In this document: positions 1 to 15,562 of the stretch, piece by piece
How the letters are laid out: each line of letters begins with the position of its first letter
How positions within the stretch are numbered: position 1 is the first letter of the stretch
Assembly (NCBI GenBank): GCA_964016885.1
Contig: OZ024741.1
Span: 404,488,001 to 404,552,000 of the forward strand
Direction: 5' to 3'
Length of the DNA stretch: 64,000 nt
DNA from: Eledone cirrhosa
Taxonomy: Eukaryota
Program-made: the position numbers and the translations under genes
Notes under the pieces: model-generated
What the model was told of the DNA's origin: nothing
Seen by the model: only the letters and a program-made list of their open reading frames with translations
Databases searched by the model: none

Positions 1-90
1 TTCATCATACTCTCTCATATCGGGAACAATTTTGAATGGCGTCAGTTCGTGATTTGAACTCGGGAATTTTATATTTTCCAAGCGAAAAGA

Positions 91-175
91 ACCCTCTGAC
101 GAAAGTCTTCCTTTTCAATGGAATTCCGTATGGATTATCCATTTATTTCGAGACTTGAAACTGTAGGGTAAGGGT
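91..175 (+). ncRNA. Type I hammerhead ribozyme with long stem II, probably a PLE 3' end
   Basis: accct-CTGACGA-aagtctt...gagactt-GAAA-ctgtagg-GTA-agggt. Stems I and II pair and a (TA)n tract follows about 70 bp later. Confidence 0.7.
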
Positions 176-244
176 AATTACAGCAGATACAGTTAACTTT
201 TTAAAATTTATTTAAAAACTTTTTCTTATTTGCTAAATCTTGAT

Positions 245-292
<48 letters not shown>

Positions 293-1021
293 ATATATAT
301 GGCTAAAACAGCACGTGCTGTGACCAGCGGCGCCGAATGGCCCCCGACAAACTGGCGGTCAAGGTGATCAAGGTGTTATATATATATATATAGTAATAAT
401 AATAAATTTGAAGACTAAAATCCGAAGAGGGCTCGATAAGGATAAATATATATCAAATATATAAGGACCGTAGAGCAAATATTTATTAAAATAACAGATT
501 AAAGTTTAAGCAAAAATCGCTGCTTTCACCCTCAACAGGATCTTCTGAAACAAAAAAATCAATCTGTGAACGCAGAAGTAAATATTTCGAAAACGTTGCA
601 ACCGAAGGAAGACAGGGAGACGATACTTTGGTTCGTGGAAACGTTCCCTGGCAAAGAACGAAACAACGAAGATAATACGTCATTATGTGGATCGAGGGAA
701 CAATTACACATAAAGATAAAACCACGTTTATGGTATAACTGAAGTCTATGTAGGAAACCGAATGATTCTCGGCTTCAGAGTTAAGAATAATGTAAATAAA
801 TTACAGAAGTAATTGAAATCAACAAAAATTAAATATATAAATTCACGCATCCATAAACGTACATACACATGCATACGCAAACACACCCGCCATGGGTATG
901 CAAATACAAGCACGTACACAAAAAAAACGCACGCACATACAGAACACAAGCAACGCCTGTACCCGCACACATACGAATGTATACACCAAATACACATAGA
1001 AATATATATATATAAATATAT

Positions 1022-1640
1022 ACAATATGTTGAAAAGGTAACACACTAGAGAGAGATATACAGTGCGCTATCAATAAAACAGGGAAAAGCCACCGTGATA
1101 TTTTGCTCCTTATAACATTCTTTTCTCTCTCTCTGTTTGGTTGACCACACTTCTCTGAGTGGTTTTGGGCTGCCCTTTCTAGCAGCTCGTCCCTCAGAGG
1201 CCACTGGTTCACTGCCCTTAAACACGCTGTGACTTCTCTCTCCCACGTGTAGCTGGACAGTCACTTTTAAAATTCTCTTAGTGTTGTCTGAAATGTATAG
1301 CCTTACACACACTGAGGAACCGAGGTTATTCCATTTCTGTGAACAACTTACTGGCGAAACAGATCTCTTTGGATTTGTACGTGTGTTATATAGTTATAGA
1401 GGTATTTATTTACGCTTTAATTTATATTTATAATTATCGTGTCTATAGTCTACCTTTCATAGGTTATAGATTCCATACACTGGTGGTTTTTCCCTGTTTT
1501 ATTGATAGCGCACTGTATATCTCTCTCTAGTGTGTTACCTTTTCAACATATTGTATTTTAAAGAGCTCAGGATTTCTTCTCCTTTGAGCACATTATTTAC
1601 AGGGAATGGCGAGAGTCTATGGCTCCGTTAATTTATCGTG
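1022..1640 (+). mobile_element. Fold-back PLE-type 3' end (family E) nested in a TA tract of family D
   Basis: 1022-1094 is the inverted copy of 1481-1554. Contains an HHR. Absent from the family D copy at 13.5-14.9 kb. Confidence 0.75.
1305..1386 (+). ncRNA. Type I hammerhead ribozyme with stable stem III
   Basis: acacaca-CTGAGGA-(stem II)-GAAA-cagatct-cttt-ggattt-GTA-cgtgtgt. Confidence 0.7.
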
Positions 1641-2089
1641 ATATATATAAATATATAAATATATAAATATGTGTGTGTGCGTGTATACATATAATTCTAT
1701 AAACGTATATAAATATACACACATAAATACGTATATAACGCGCGCACACACATACCTGCATGTAAATACACATATGTTCGCTAAACGTACGTCAACGAAA
1801 ATACGAAGTACACATATACACACACCCTACATACGTACGAACCCGCATACTCTCACAGACGCAAAACTCACGTATACACATAACCATATGCACATGTACC
1901 AGTATATATAATATAATATATACGCTTATAACATACAAAAGCAAATATACGTACGATATAGTAAACGTACCTTCACAAAACATACAGGTAATATATACTT
2001 ACCTATACAAATAAGTAATCGTATAAACATAACATATACTTAGCTACCACTTCAAGACGTAAATTATCCACGTATAGTTCGTACTATCC

Positions 2090-2720
2090 GTTAGGGTATA
2101 ATGTGGGGCTGTAATACAGGAAAGTTTGTGCAATTTATGTTTACAAGCCCAAATTGACTCTGATATGTTTTTAAGATGTGCTCTTTGGCGTAGAGTATTT
2201 CCAGGGCTTCAACGGCGCAGAGGTCACATGGATTTTGTTTCGTTATACGATCTAGCCCTAGCTAGGATCTCCCAGTGTAACTTATATGGGGTGTGGTTGT
2301 CTTTTTTTTAGATTCCAGATATAAGCTGAAAGCGACGTCATGTTCCTTCTTAAAGGGTTAAGAAAAGGATGGGTATGCATGTAAAGACGCTGCGTGAATC
2401 TATTGTCTGTTAACCCTATGTAAGCCCTACGGGACGTGGGTGTTTCAACCTTACATTTGTAGACATTGTTACTAAAGAGGCATTTCCCGGATAGGGGGCA
2501 GTCAACCCGATCCCTACAATTACAGTTAGTACTAGCTACAGGGTTGCATGTGTTCCTACGGCTAGGTAATTTAGCTAAATCTGAAGCTGTGATATGTGCA
2601 AGGCTAGGAGTCGTAGAGTAAGACATTTTAATGGTATTTCTATTAAAGGTTTTACTATATTTATGTGCTGGGGGGAAATGCTTCATAATAAGGGAGAGAA
2701 AGATCTTAGCTAATGGTGTG
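2090..2720 (-). pseudogene. Frameshifted PLE GIY-YIG endonuclease C-terminus
   Basis: ORF 2282..2755 plus a continuation LHWEILARARSY..PCDLC..CKHK in another frame. Confidence 0.85.
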
Positions 2721-3061
2721 GCCACCTCCATATTATCTTCGTTTTTTCCGTTCATTGCCAGAGAACGTCTCCACGAACCACCTAATAGAATATTAGTCTA
2801 CAACTTCATTTATACCATAAACGTGGTTTTGCATTTGCGTGTAATTGTTTTCACCGCTACAAATAATGACGTATTATCTTCGTTTTTCCGTTCTTTGCCA
2901 GGGAACGTTTCCACGAACTAAAGTATCGTCTTCCTGTCTTCCTTCTGTTGCAACGTTTTTCGAAATATTTACTTCTGCGTTCACAGATTGATTTTTTTTA
3001 GTTTCAGAAGATCCCGTTGAGGCTGAAAGCAGCGATTCTTTGCTTAAACTTTAATCTGTTA

Positions 3062-3133
<72 letters not shown>

Positions 3134-3137
<4 letters not shown>

Positions 3138-3563
3138 AAAGAATAGAGGTGTAACACACAAGTTATTATATATTGGTAAACGGAATAGAAAATGCTGACA
3201 AATTGTTCACAGTTGAAAAATGGTTTAATTAGGAATAAAAGAATATTAGTGATTGTATGGGTTAGTATTCAGTTGTGGTTTTAAGTTTTTAAGTTTTTAC
3301 CGGTTGCGCATTTCTAAATGCTTTTCAAAAATAATTTTGAGATAGAGTGTCCGTGCGGTTTGCTCTGATCAGAGCAAACAGCACGGACACTCTATCTCAA
3401 AATTATTTTTGAAAAGCATTTAGAAATGCGCAACCGGTAAAAACTTAAAAACTTAAAACCACAACTGAATACTAACCCATACAATCACTAATACTCTTTT
3501 ATTCTTAATTAAACCATTTTTCAACTGTGAACAATTTGTCAGCATTTTCTATTCCGTTTACCA

Positions 3564-3567
<4 letters not shown>
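3134..3567. mobile_element. Near-perfect ~400-bp palindrome in (TA)n, probably a fold-back PLE 3' end
   Basis: Arms 3170-3368 and 3369-3567 are centred on ctctgatcagag, with an extra ~35-bp tail on the left. Confidence 0.7.
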
Positions 3568-3615
<48 letters not shown>

Positions 3616-3617
<2 letters not shown>

Positions 3618-4045
3618 GGAAAATAAGAATAAAGTAGAACATACTAATAGAATGTTCTCACAGAAAGACAGAAGAAATTTCTTTTGAAAACAATTTTTAG
3701 TACCGATTTCAGTCGATAAAAATTTCGACTTCTTCATACTACAGGAAATATGATAAAACGTAAATAATAAAGTTAAGGTGGATATTAATTAGAAGAGGAT
3801 ATTTGTGAACATAGTTTTTATATATATATAAAAATTCACATTTTCGTTTATCCCTTTCTCTCTCTCTTTTCCTTGGTGGTGTGGTGGTGGAAGCTGCTAA
3901 AATACCAATGAGCTGTCCCCTGTTACAATCAGATGGTAACAGGAGACAACCCAACTGGTATTTTAGCTGCTACTACCATCGCACCAGCATAAAGAAGTCG
4001 AAATTTTTATCGACTGAAAATCGACTAAAAATTGTTTTTTAGAAA
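3616..4045 (-). mobile_element. Degenerate fold-back element with an HHR remnant
   Basis: 3690-3735 is inverted at 3993-4040. The minus strand reads aTGAAGA-agtcga..tcgact-GAAA. Internal hairpin at 3891-3971. Confidence 0.5.
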
Positions 4046-4047
4046 AT

Positions 4048-4321
4048 ATTGACATACCCTTAAATAATGCAGCCATGGTTGCATTCTTTAAGGGTATGCA
4101 ATATTTATTTATAAAACTGCTCTATATTATATTTTATCTGATGAAAGCACACCATAATTTAACTTGGTGTCCTTGAAATATGTATAATGAAATAAATATG
4201 GTTTTATAAATATAGTTTCCATTTGTTAATATCGTATTTTTACTCCAATTAATTGTTGAGTGCTTTATATCCGTTATAAAAATATTTGCTTGTTGTATCT
4301 CAACAATTTAAATATAACTTT

Positions 4322-4322
<1 letters not shown>
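4048..4322 (+). mobile_element. PLE-type 3' end (family A) with 5' palindrome
   Basis: Homologous to 19270-20057 and 22190-22320. 4048-4103 is palindromic. Contains an HHR. Confidence 0.75.
4130..4194 (+). ncRNA. Minimal type I hammerhead ribozyme (family A)
   Basis: tattttat-CTGATGA-aagcacacca..tggtgtcctt-GAAA-tatgta-TA-atgaaata, giving an 8-bp stem I and a near-palindromic loop III. Confidence 0.8.
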
Positions 4323-4419
<97 letters not shown>

Positions 4420-4475
4420 TGTGTGTGTGTGTGTATATAAATGTATGTATATATATATATGTATATATATATATG

Positions 4476-4542
<67 letters not shown>

Positions 4543-5087
4543 GTGTGTATGTGTATGTCTATATAAATGTATGTGTACAAGATGGTGAGGATATAGAAAA
4601 TTTACCAGCATGTACATAAATATACATATGCTGCTAAAATATAAATATTTCTACATCAGTATTTTCCCCTATGTATGTTTCCTGTATTTGTGTTGCTTAT
4701 TCTTATGTGTATCAACATGTATACATACATAATATATATCACCTGTATCATGTCGTAGCTCACCTGCTCAACAGAGATGAATCTATACATCCGATAATAT
4801 TTCCATCTGTCAGAACATGTCATGACATATTAACGATATTCCGTTTGACGTCTGTTCAGGTTATCTCGTATTACACAGATTATTGGTTGAGTCACAAGGT
4901 CAGTACATTTGAGGCAAGGGCTGATTAAAACAACCCACGTATTTGACTGGTGCTTTGGTTTCTGGACCCTGGAACAAAAGATGAAATTCAAAGTTAACCT
5001 CTGCAGAATTTGAACACAGAAAGTTGAGAGCAAGAACAAATACTTAAAATGACATTGTGGTATATATATATATATATATATATATAT

Positions 5088-6389
<1,302 letters not shown>

Positions 6390-6393
<4 letters not shown>

Positions 6394-6582
6394 AGAAAGT
6401 ATGACCCCGACGGCAGAGCTCAAGCCTTTTCGACGTCTATTTCTGGGTCCAGAAATAGCCGTCGAAACGGCTTGAGCTGTGCCGTCGCGGTCATACTTTC
6501 TCCTATTACCCACTCTAATACCCTAAGTATTGAGTACTCTGGTGCGTTATGGTCCACCTGGTTCCTTACCGCAGCTCCTTCG

Positions 6583-6616
<34 letters not shown>

Positions 6617-6806
6617 CGAAGGAATTGTGGTAAGGAACCAGGTGGACCATAACGCACCAAAGTACTCAATACTTGAGGTAGTAGAGTGGGTAATAGGAAC
6701 AAGTAAGACCCCGACGGCTGATCTCAAGCCGTTTCGACGGCTAATTCAGTACAGAATTAGCCGTCGAAACGGCTTGAGCTCAGCCGTCGGGGTCTTACTT
6801 GTTCCT
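6390..6806. mobile_element. Two family B fold-back mini-elements in opposite orientation around a TA tract
   Basis: Each ~195 bp: palindrome gaccccgacggc..gccgtcggggtc plus an ~80-bp tail. Other copies at 7781-7975, 12846-13056, 49761-49965 and 53665-53833. Confidence 0.85.
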
Positions 6807-6825
6807 ATATATATATATATATATA

Positions 6826-7715
6826 CTAGCAGAAGTGCCCGACGTTGTTCGGAGTTTAATTGCTTTAAAGTACTCTTAATGATTCCACTCAATTATGATT
6901 ATTGAGGCAAAGAAAGTAAATACGGGTAAGCAAGGCAGAGGGGTACCGAAAAATTTCAATTGAACAATGCATAAGTGGAAAGTGGGTACTAAGTAAGTTG
7001 TATGAAGAATGCACGTCAAGTAGTAGGTCAAACCTGTAAGCCAAGCCCGTCTGAGTTATAGCACAAAAGAGCGTAAACAGGGCCGATAATTTGGAGCACA
7101 CTGGAAAAAAATCCTCAAAATCGGGCGTTCCTGAAAGAGTATTCTCATTATTTTTTTGTCTCATATTGCTAAAAAGAAAGAAAAAAATTACAAAAAGGAC
7201 AACAATAAATTATAATGTCTTTGTTGAGATTCAAGTAAATAAATGCTTAAGCGTCGTTATGACTACGTTTGTTGTATAAATTCATCTGTTGCTTTTGAAT
7301 ATTTGTTATTTGATGTAAAATGTAATGATGTAAAATGTAATGGTGAGCTTCATTTGTTGTTGTATAAATTGATGTGTTGCTTAGTTTTCAAAGTTTATGT
7401 GGCTGTTAGAGTTGCAGAGGAGATTGAGAGGGGAGTAGAGGAAGGGATGAACCTTTTAAAGAGAGTTGCAACATATATATAGTTTCATCGATTTTTTAGG
7501 GTAGTAGAGAGAGAGGGATTAAGCGTGTAAGAGAGAGGGTTATGGCATGTATTTAGTTTTATCGATTTTTTTCATAGAAGCAAGAAGTTTTTGGCAAAGT
7601 TTATTACGCGTTGACCATCGGTGATAAATTTGGAGCACATTGGAAAAGAAAACATCAAAATCGGTAGAGAAATGTGGAAATGCATAAAAATCATACACAC
7701 AGACAGACATCTTCC

Positions 7716-7730
<15 letters not shown>
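6826..7730 (-). mobile_element. Non-autonomous Helitron
   Basis: Minus-strand 3' hairpin followed by CTAG|t (6826-6829). The 5' end (tatataaaacggaagatgtctgtctg) resembles the copies at 30.2 and 50.9 kb. Confidence 0.7.
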
Positions 7731-7780
<50 letters not shown>

Positions 7781-7782
<2 letters not shown>

Positions 7783-7975
7783 CGAATGAAATGTGGTAAG
7801 GAACCAGGTGGACCATAACACACCAGAGTACTCAATACTTATGGTATTAGAGAGGGTAATAGGAAAATGTACAAGACCCTGACGGCAGAGCTCAAGCCGT
7901 TTCGATGGCTATTTCTGGTCCAGAAATAGCCGTCCTGACGGCTTGAGCTCTACTGTCGGGGTCTTGAACATTTTC
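7781..7975 (-). mobile_element. Family B fold-back mini-element
   Basis: High similarity to 6616-6806. Confidence 0.85.
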
Positions 7976-7984
7976 ATATATATA

Positions 7985-8570
7985 TATTGTTATACTTTGG
8001 GAGGGTCATGTGCCAATAAGAAACACACGCACCAGTTGCTTTCACTTCAATTTATTATAGTAAATTTATAAATGTAGGAATTTATAAATTTCCGGTTGGT
8101 TGGTTGGTTCCACAACCAGATGGTTGTTTATATATTGTCAAAGTTCTTTGGTCACACATTCTGTGACCTCTTCAGTGACTGGGGATTTTTTTCTTTGTTT
8201 TTTTTTGTTTTTTGTGCCTCTCCTTTGTTCTGTCCTACGCCACACAAAAACAAGATGGCGTAGGACAGAACAAAGGAGAGGCACAAAAAACAAAAAAAAA
8301 CAAAAAAAAGAATCCCCAGTCACTGAAGAGGTCACAGAATGTGTGACGAAAGAACTTTGACAATATATAAACAATCATCTGGTTGTGGAACCAACCAGCC
8401 AACCGGAAATTTATAAATTCCTAAATTTATAAATTTATTATAATAAATTGAAGTGAAAACAACTGGTGCGTGTGTTTCTTATTGGCAACATGACCCTCCC
8501 AAAGTATAACAATATCGGTTTCAACACACGTTTTTAGATAAATAATCTTGCTAAACAAATTCAGAAACGA
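7985..8570 (+). mobile_element. Family C fold-back PLE 3' end with HHR at 8319-8361
   Basis: ~255-bp inverted arms plus a ~55-bp tail. HHR reads gtca-CTGAAGA-ggtcaca..tgtgac-GAAA-gaac-TT-tgac. Confidence 0.85.
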
Positions 8571-8583
8571 TATATATATACAT

Positions 8584-8815
8584 AGTAATAATAATAAATG
8601 TGAAAACTAAAATCCAAAGAGGGCTCGATAAGGATAAATATATATCAAATATATAAGAGCCCTAGAGCAAATATTTATTAAAATAACAGATTAAAGTTTA
8701 AGCAAAGAATCGCTGCTTTCACCCTTAACGGGATCTTCTGAAGAGTTTCAGAAGATCCTGTTAAGGGTCAAAGCACCGATTATTTGCTTAAACTTTAATC
8801 TATTATTTTAATAAA
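8584..8815 (-). mobile_element. Family D 3' end with a short inverted arm
   Basis: Matches 392-550. 8744-8812 is inverted. Confidence 0.85.
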
Positions 8816-8834
8816 TAAATAAATATATATATAC

Positions 8835-8924
<90 letters not shown>

Positions 8925-8929
<5 letters not shown>

Positions 8930-9300
8930 GACTGCAGAAGGCCGGACTGGAAGATATGGTATCAAATCTTAATTTTTAATTCCGCTAAGTCACTATACAT
9001 ATTTTAATGGCCCAGCTCCATCATTCATTTATGATTCAAGTCAGAAAAATCTCATCAGGTGACTTTGACATAATTACATAACAGGGTTACGTTGAATCCA
9101 AACTTATCATGGAAGATAGGGAAACGATAATAGGAAATTGAAAGATGAAAATTCGACCCGGGGATTGCCTGTAAAACCACTGCTGCAGGCTGAGAAGACA
9201 GCCTCCGAGTGTCTATATTCTTCCTCTTGAGTCAACCTTCTATCGAATGTGGGACATTCATTTTGCTTTTTTTAATCGCTAGAATATATGCGACTCACCA
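8925..9300 (-). mobile_element. PLE-type 3' end (family G) with a degenerate HHR at 8987-9065
   Basis: Minus strand aagtcac-CTGATGA-(branched stem II)-aAAA-tatgta-TA-gtgactt, with G12 mutated. Confidence 0.5.
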
Positions 9301-10189
9301 CACCTCCATAAACATCCAAGACACCGATTTTGCTTAAGGGAGAAACTATGGTCGATACAGCTTGGTACCAGTGGCATCACAACATGCACAACATACTCTA
9401 TATATTCAATACATTATATATGATGTTGAGAGTCGGGTTTACAATCGTGAGTTTATGAGTTCGATTCTCTGACTGGGTAGTTCGTTGTGTTCTTGAGCAA
9501 GACACTTTATTCAAGCCCAAGTCTCTAACTAATAAAACATACGCCTAGGTTATATATATTTGATTCTTTACGTTCCAAGGTCAACATTGCATTTTCCCGT
9601 TCCTAGTACAATACAACAAAATATCAGTCAACTACTGGAAGTCATTTAATTACTGTGGATCTTCCATAAATTTACCGACCATGGCTGTCACTTAGAAATC
9701 AATTTGTGAATATAATACTGGTTTCCTATATAGGCACAATGCAAACAATGTTGGGGGAGCATAAACTCGATGAAATATTGCTCGCTACCGTATGAAGAAG
9801 TAGGCAGTTAATCATACCAAATTTGCAATTCAACCAGAAACATTGCAAAATTAAGAATGTTTACATGGTACACTGACATTCTCGAGCGAGAAAATTATTT
9901 TTTAAAAAGAGATTTTAACCTACATTAAGACACTAGCTCTATTAATAAGAAGATTCGTCAGAATTTCAGCGTAATAAGTAATATTTGTTATAGTGAAGTA
10001 GCGAGAAATATAAATTGCTTATTTCATATTTTTACTGTCCGGCTAACCTCATTGTCTTTTACATAGAGATACGGACTACATTCCTTCCAGCCATGTGGCA
10101 TATATTTTTATACTTGGGGAGGGTCATATTGTTGTAATAATATTGCCAGAAATAATAACAGAACACACTCACTGTTTCGTTGATTTTCG

Positions 10190-10245
<56 letters not shown>

Positions 10246-10300
10246 TAATAAAATAATGAATAAACAAAGAAACAGTTCCTTATATTAAAAAAAAATTCAT

Positions 10301-10434
10301 CATTTTACGATCGTTTCTAGGATATATATGTGTTAGAGTTGGTATGCATATTCTATAGATCTATCTACAATATTTATACAAACTATCAGAGGGAATATAC
10401 ATACCTACACATATATATGCTGTCTTCAGAAATA
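10301..10434 (-). ncRNA. Type I hammerhead with ~100-nt stem II and palindromic loop III
   Basis: Minus strand tattt-CTGAAGA-cagcatatatatgtgt...acacatatatatccta-GAAA-cgatc-GTA-aaatg. Confidence 0.65.
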
Positions 10435-10950
10435 ATGATATTTGTTTATTGAAAAAAACAAAGATTCAATACAATAGGTCTGTTTGGGAACAGGTTTTGA
10501 ATTGACCAATAGAGAGATAGTGAGGGTCAAGATAGTAATATAGTAGTAGAAGAACCTTAGATTATGGGTAGAGGAAGGTAGATTTCAGTTTTGGATGGAA
10601 GGATTATTATGAATGAAGGATTATTTTAGGGAAGAAAATAGGTCGTATGCTGACCTCAGAAATAATTTTATTATTCATATATAGGAGCTACCTCTAACAA
10701 ATTTAAGGTAAGATTTAATACCCACAAACATAGTTTTAAAAATGCCGCACTAGCTAATACAACATCTCTAGCTGAAATAATTAATAGTTATAGAAGGAGG
10801 AATATAGATTATGACCTGACCTGGAGTGTGGTCAAAAAGGGCCAACCCTTATCAAAATAGTAGATATGAATGTAGATTATGTTCCCAATAACTTTTTGAA
10901 ATAATGAAATCTAAGGATATCCTATTAAATAAGCGACAGGAATTAATAAT

Positions 10951-11132
10951 TGTTTCTACTTTAGGCACAAGGCCAGCAATTATCCAGTGCATTACTGGTA
11001 CTTTATTTTATCGACCCCCGTAAGGATGAAAGGCAAAGTCAACCTCGGCGGGATTTGAACTCAGATCGTAAAGGGACGTAACTATGCTGGAAAGCATGGC
11101 GCCCGACCCTCTACCGATACTGCCAATCCACC
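10951..11132 (-). mobile_element. tRNA-derived SINE (family S1) with an 18-bp TSD
   Basis: A box tggcagtatcgg, B box gagttcaaatccc. TSD gcgacaggaattaataat at 10933-10950 and 11133-11150. Confidence 0.95.
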
Positions 11133-11504
11133 GCGACAGGAATTAATAATATCGTGTAATCATAAACTGAGAAAAACCTTTAAATATTATAAACCTAATT
11201 AATATACACTTTAGAAATTAATATATAAACTGTTTTTAATTTAGTTAACCTATAATTAATATTCTACTACTGATGAACTACATAATTCTGCTTTCCTTCT
11301 TACAACTATCATTTCCTAAAACTGATACCATTAAGTAAACATATATAATGCTTTAACTCCAGGTTATGACTCTATGTTCCTTGAAATCTATATATATTTA
11401 TTATTTCTCACTAATAAATTTAATCCCCCCCCCCCCAATAATTATATGTATATGTAAATGTGTATGTGTGTGTATATATATATGTATGTATATATATATG
11501 CATG

Positions 11505-11539
<35 letters not shown>

Positions 11540-11582
11540 ATATATATATATATGTGTGTATGTGTGTGTGTGTGTGTATGTG

Positions 11583-11617
<35 letters not shown>

Positions 11618-12419
11618 TATTTTTATATTCTTTTAATTTTCCCTCATCTTTAACAGCACTTTTCAACTGCATCTAACTCTTATTTATCATATCTATATGT
11701 ATTAGTATAATTTTATCAATATAAATATACGCATCAATTAAATTAATTTATATTCTTTTCATAGATGTATTTTTTCACTAACACTCTTATCGTAAAACTT
11801 TAGTCTCCTTAGATATTTGCATTGGCATTACTATTTTATAACAGCAACTGCTTGTATACCTTTTACTGACCACCTGACCTATTTTCACCCCTAAAATAAG
11901 CTTCAATTACTACTATTTTACCATTTGGCCAATTATTAACTTTCTATTGGTTAATTCTAAACCTCTTACCAAACAGAGAGAATATATTAGATCTTTGTTG
12001 GTTTTATTCAATGAACAAATAAAATTATTTCTGAGGTCAGCATACGACCTATTTTCTTCACTAAAATAATCCTTCATTCATAATATTCTTTTCCATCCAA
12101 AACCGAAATCTACCTTCCTCTACCCATAATTTAAGGTTCTTCTACTACTATATTACTATCTTGACCCTCACTATCTCTCTATTGGTCAATTCAAAACCTG
12201 TTCCCAAACAGACCTATTGTATTGAATCTTTGTTTTTTTTCAATAAACAAATATCATTATTTCTGAAGACAGCATATATATGTGTAGGTATGTATATTCC
12301 CTCTTTCTTTCTCTCTCTCTCGCTCTCTAACTCTTTCTTTCTTTCTCTCTGTCTTTCTCTCTCTCTCACTTTCTTTCTTTCTCTCTCTCACTCTTTCGCC
12401 CTCTCTCTTTGAATATATT

Positions 12420-12475
<56 letters not shown>

Positions 12476-12684
12476 TGGCGGCCTGGCCAGGTCTTAAGCT
12501 TGTCTGATAGCAAGTGGGACCCGCAGTGGCCCACGGTAGTACTTTAGAGGCCAATGCAAACATTTTGCTTTCAAAGAAAATATAGAGAAAATATTGAGAA
12601 TGAATAGAATATGGAAAAAAAAAGAAAAAATTAAGCATTGTAGGGTCGACTTTTACATGAGATCGAGTATGACAATATAAATTT

Positions 12685-12815
12685 GTGTGATGTGTTGTTT
12701 CCTTGAGCAAGACACTTTATTTCACGTTGCTCCAGTTGACTCAGCTGAAAATGAGTACCAGCAATAGCTGGAGGTTTAACCCTGCAATGGACTGGCGTCC
12801 TGTCCAGGGGGAGTC
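12685..12815 (+). mobile_element. SINE family S2 fragment
   Basis: ttgagcaagacactttatttcacgttgctccag core. Other copies at about 9425-9511, 16980-17227, 24330-24460(-), 26455-26858(-), 28033-28185, 38630-38990(-) and 42875-43200. Confidence 0.8.
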
Positions 12816-12845
12816 TTGTTTTGCTTATATGTATATGTATATATA

Positions 12846-13053
12846 TAGGAAAAGGTTCAGGATCCCGACGGCAGAGCTCAAGCCGTTTTGATGGCTATAT
12901 CCAGACGGCTATATCAATTCAGATATAGTCGTCGAAACGGCTTGAGCTATGCCGTCGAGGTCCTGACCCTTTTCCTATTACCCACTCTACTTCCCAAAGT
13001 ATCGCGTACTCTGGTGAGTTATGGTCCACCTGGTTCCTTACCTCACTTCTTCG

Positions 13054-13056
<3 letters not shown>
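12846..13056 (+). mobile_element. Family B fold-back mini-element
   Basis: Similarity to 6390-6585. Confidence 0.85.
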
Positions 13057-13091
<35 letters not shown>

Positions 13092-13409
13092 GTCAATACT
13101 CATCTTTTTCCATTTATCTGAGGGTTCTAAACCCCGTTATCAAGCTAAAAATTCCTTTAGTCAAAAATACGGTGAAATCTATATATTTTCTAATTTCAAA
13201 CTCGCTCACTGTTTCAAAACATACTTACTTGATATATATATATTTATTTATATCTTCAGCTGAAGATCCGCATAAGGTGAAACAATTCTTCTCGGTTTGG
13301 TGAACTAACTGTTGCGTTACTACTTCTACCAAACTCATCCCATGGACTGACTGCTCTACCAATACGGATATTACCTCTCAGTGTTCTACCTTTATATACA
13401 TATATATAG

Positions 13410-14960
<1,551 letters not shown>

Positions 14961-15224
14961 AAGAGAGAGAGAAAGAGAGAAGATTAGTTATTTATAGAGG
15001 TAGACATGAAATTAATTAAATAAATAAAAGTAAATATTAATTGATAGAATAATCAAATCCGGTATCAAACGATGTCAAATATTTAAGTAAATCCATATGT
15101 AAGATACCAAAGATTAATATTTACAATATAACTTTAGATAAGGTTTAAACTTTCGATGGCTCTCGATGTTTGTGTGGTAATGTTACTGGTTATATTATTG
15201 TGTAACTGCTAATTTTAAATGTAG

Positions 15225-15562
15225 AAGCACAACTCGCCTTGGAATCTCTGGTCGTGGGTTCGTTCGTCATCGCTGTGCGTGGATCACAGCTCGCCTTGCA
15301 ATCTGTGGCTGTGTATCCGTGTCTAGAGCTAGCTTCGGCATCGCATTGCTAAAGCACAGCTCGCCTCGCCAGCTATAGCTGTGTGTCCGTGTTTAGAGCT
15401 GGCTTCGAAATCTCTGTGTCAAAGCACAAACTCTAGAGTTATCGGTTTGGCTATATCTTCCTTTGGCTTCCATGGGCTTTGCCCCGCTCGCCTCGCAATC
15501 TCTAGCGTTGTGGCCCTGGCTATAACTTGCTTCGGCTTTGCTGGGCTGAGCCACGTTCGCTG
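15225..15562. repeat. Degenerate GC-rich tandem repeat (~60-70-bp unit)
   Basis: Recurrent cacagctcgcct(t/c)gcaatct..gtgtccgtgt.tagagct.gcttcg. Confidence 0.6.

Larger units (their letters stand above)
392..3068 (-). mobile_element. Penelope-like element (family D): GIY-YIG remnant, 3' UTR/pLTR and an inverted pLTR copy at the 5' end
   Basis: Minus-strand frames read FLSLIMKHFP..CNCRDRVDCPLSGKCL..VYKC..AYIGLT..TSLSAYIWNLK..CDLC..CKH. 2728-3068 is an inverted copy of about 490-745. Flanked by (TA)n. Confidence 0.85.
10242..12303 (+). mobile_element. 5'-truncated PLE (family H): GIY-YIG C-terminus (10677-11201) plus inverted pLTR arm
   Basis: YIGATSNKFKVRFNTHKHSF..TTSLAE..DLTWSVV..CRLC..LLNKRQELIISCNHK after removing the SINE. 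10390-10672 is the inverted copy of 12018-12303. Confidence 0.85.

Noticed and set aside
8465-8560. SECIS in the family C terminus (ATGA..AAA..GA)
   Set aside because: Helix II spacing and pairing do not fit.
12473-12600. hAT-like terminus cagtggcggc
   Set aside because: No matching second TIR or 8-bp TSD found.
13255-13295. HHR-like CTGAAGA..GAAA
   Set aside because: Stems I and III do not pair convincingly. At best a decayed remnant.
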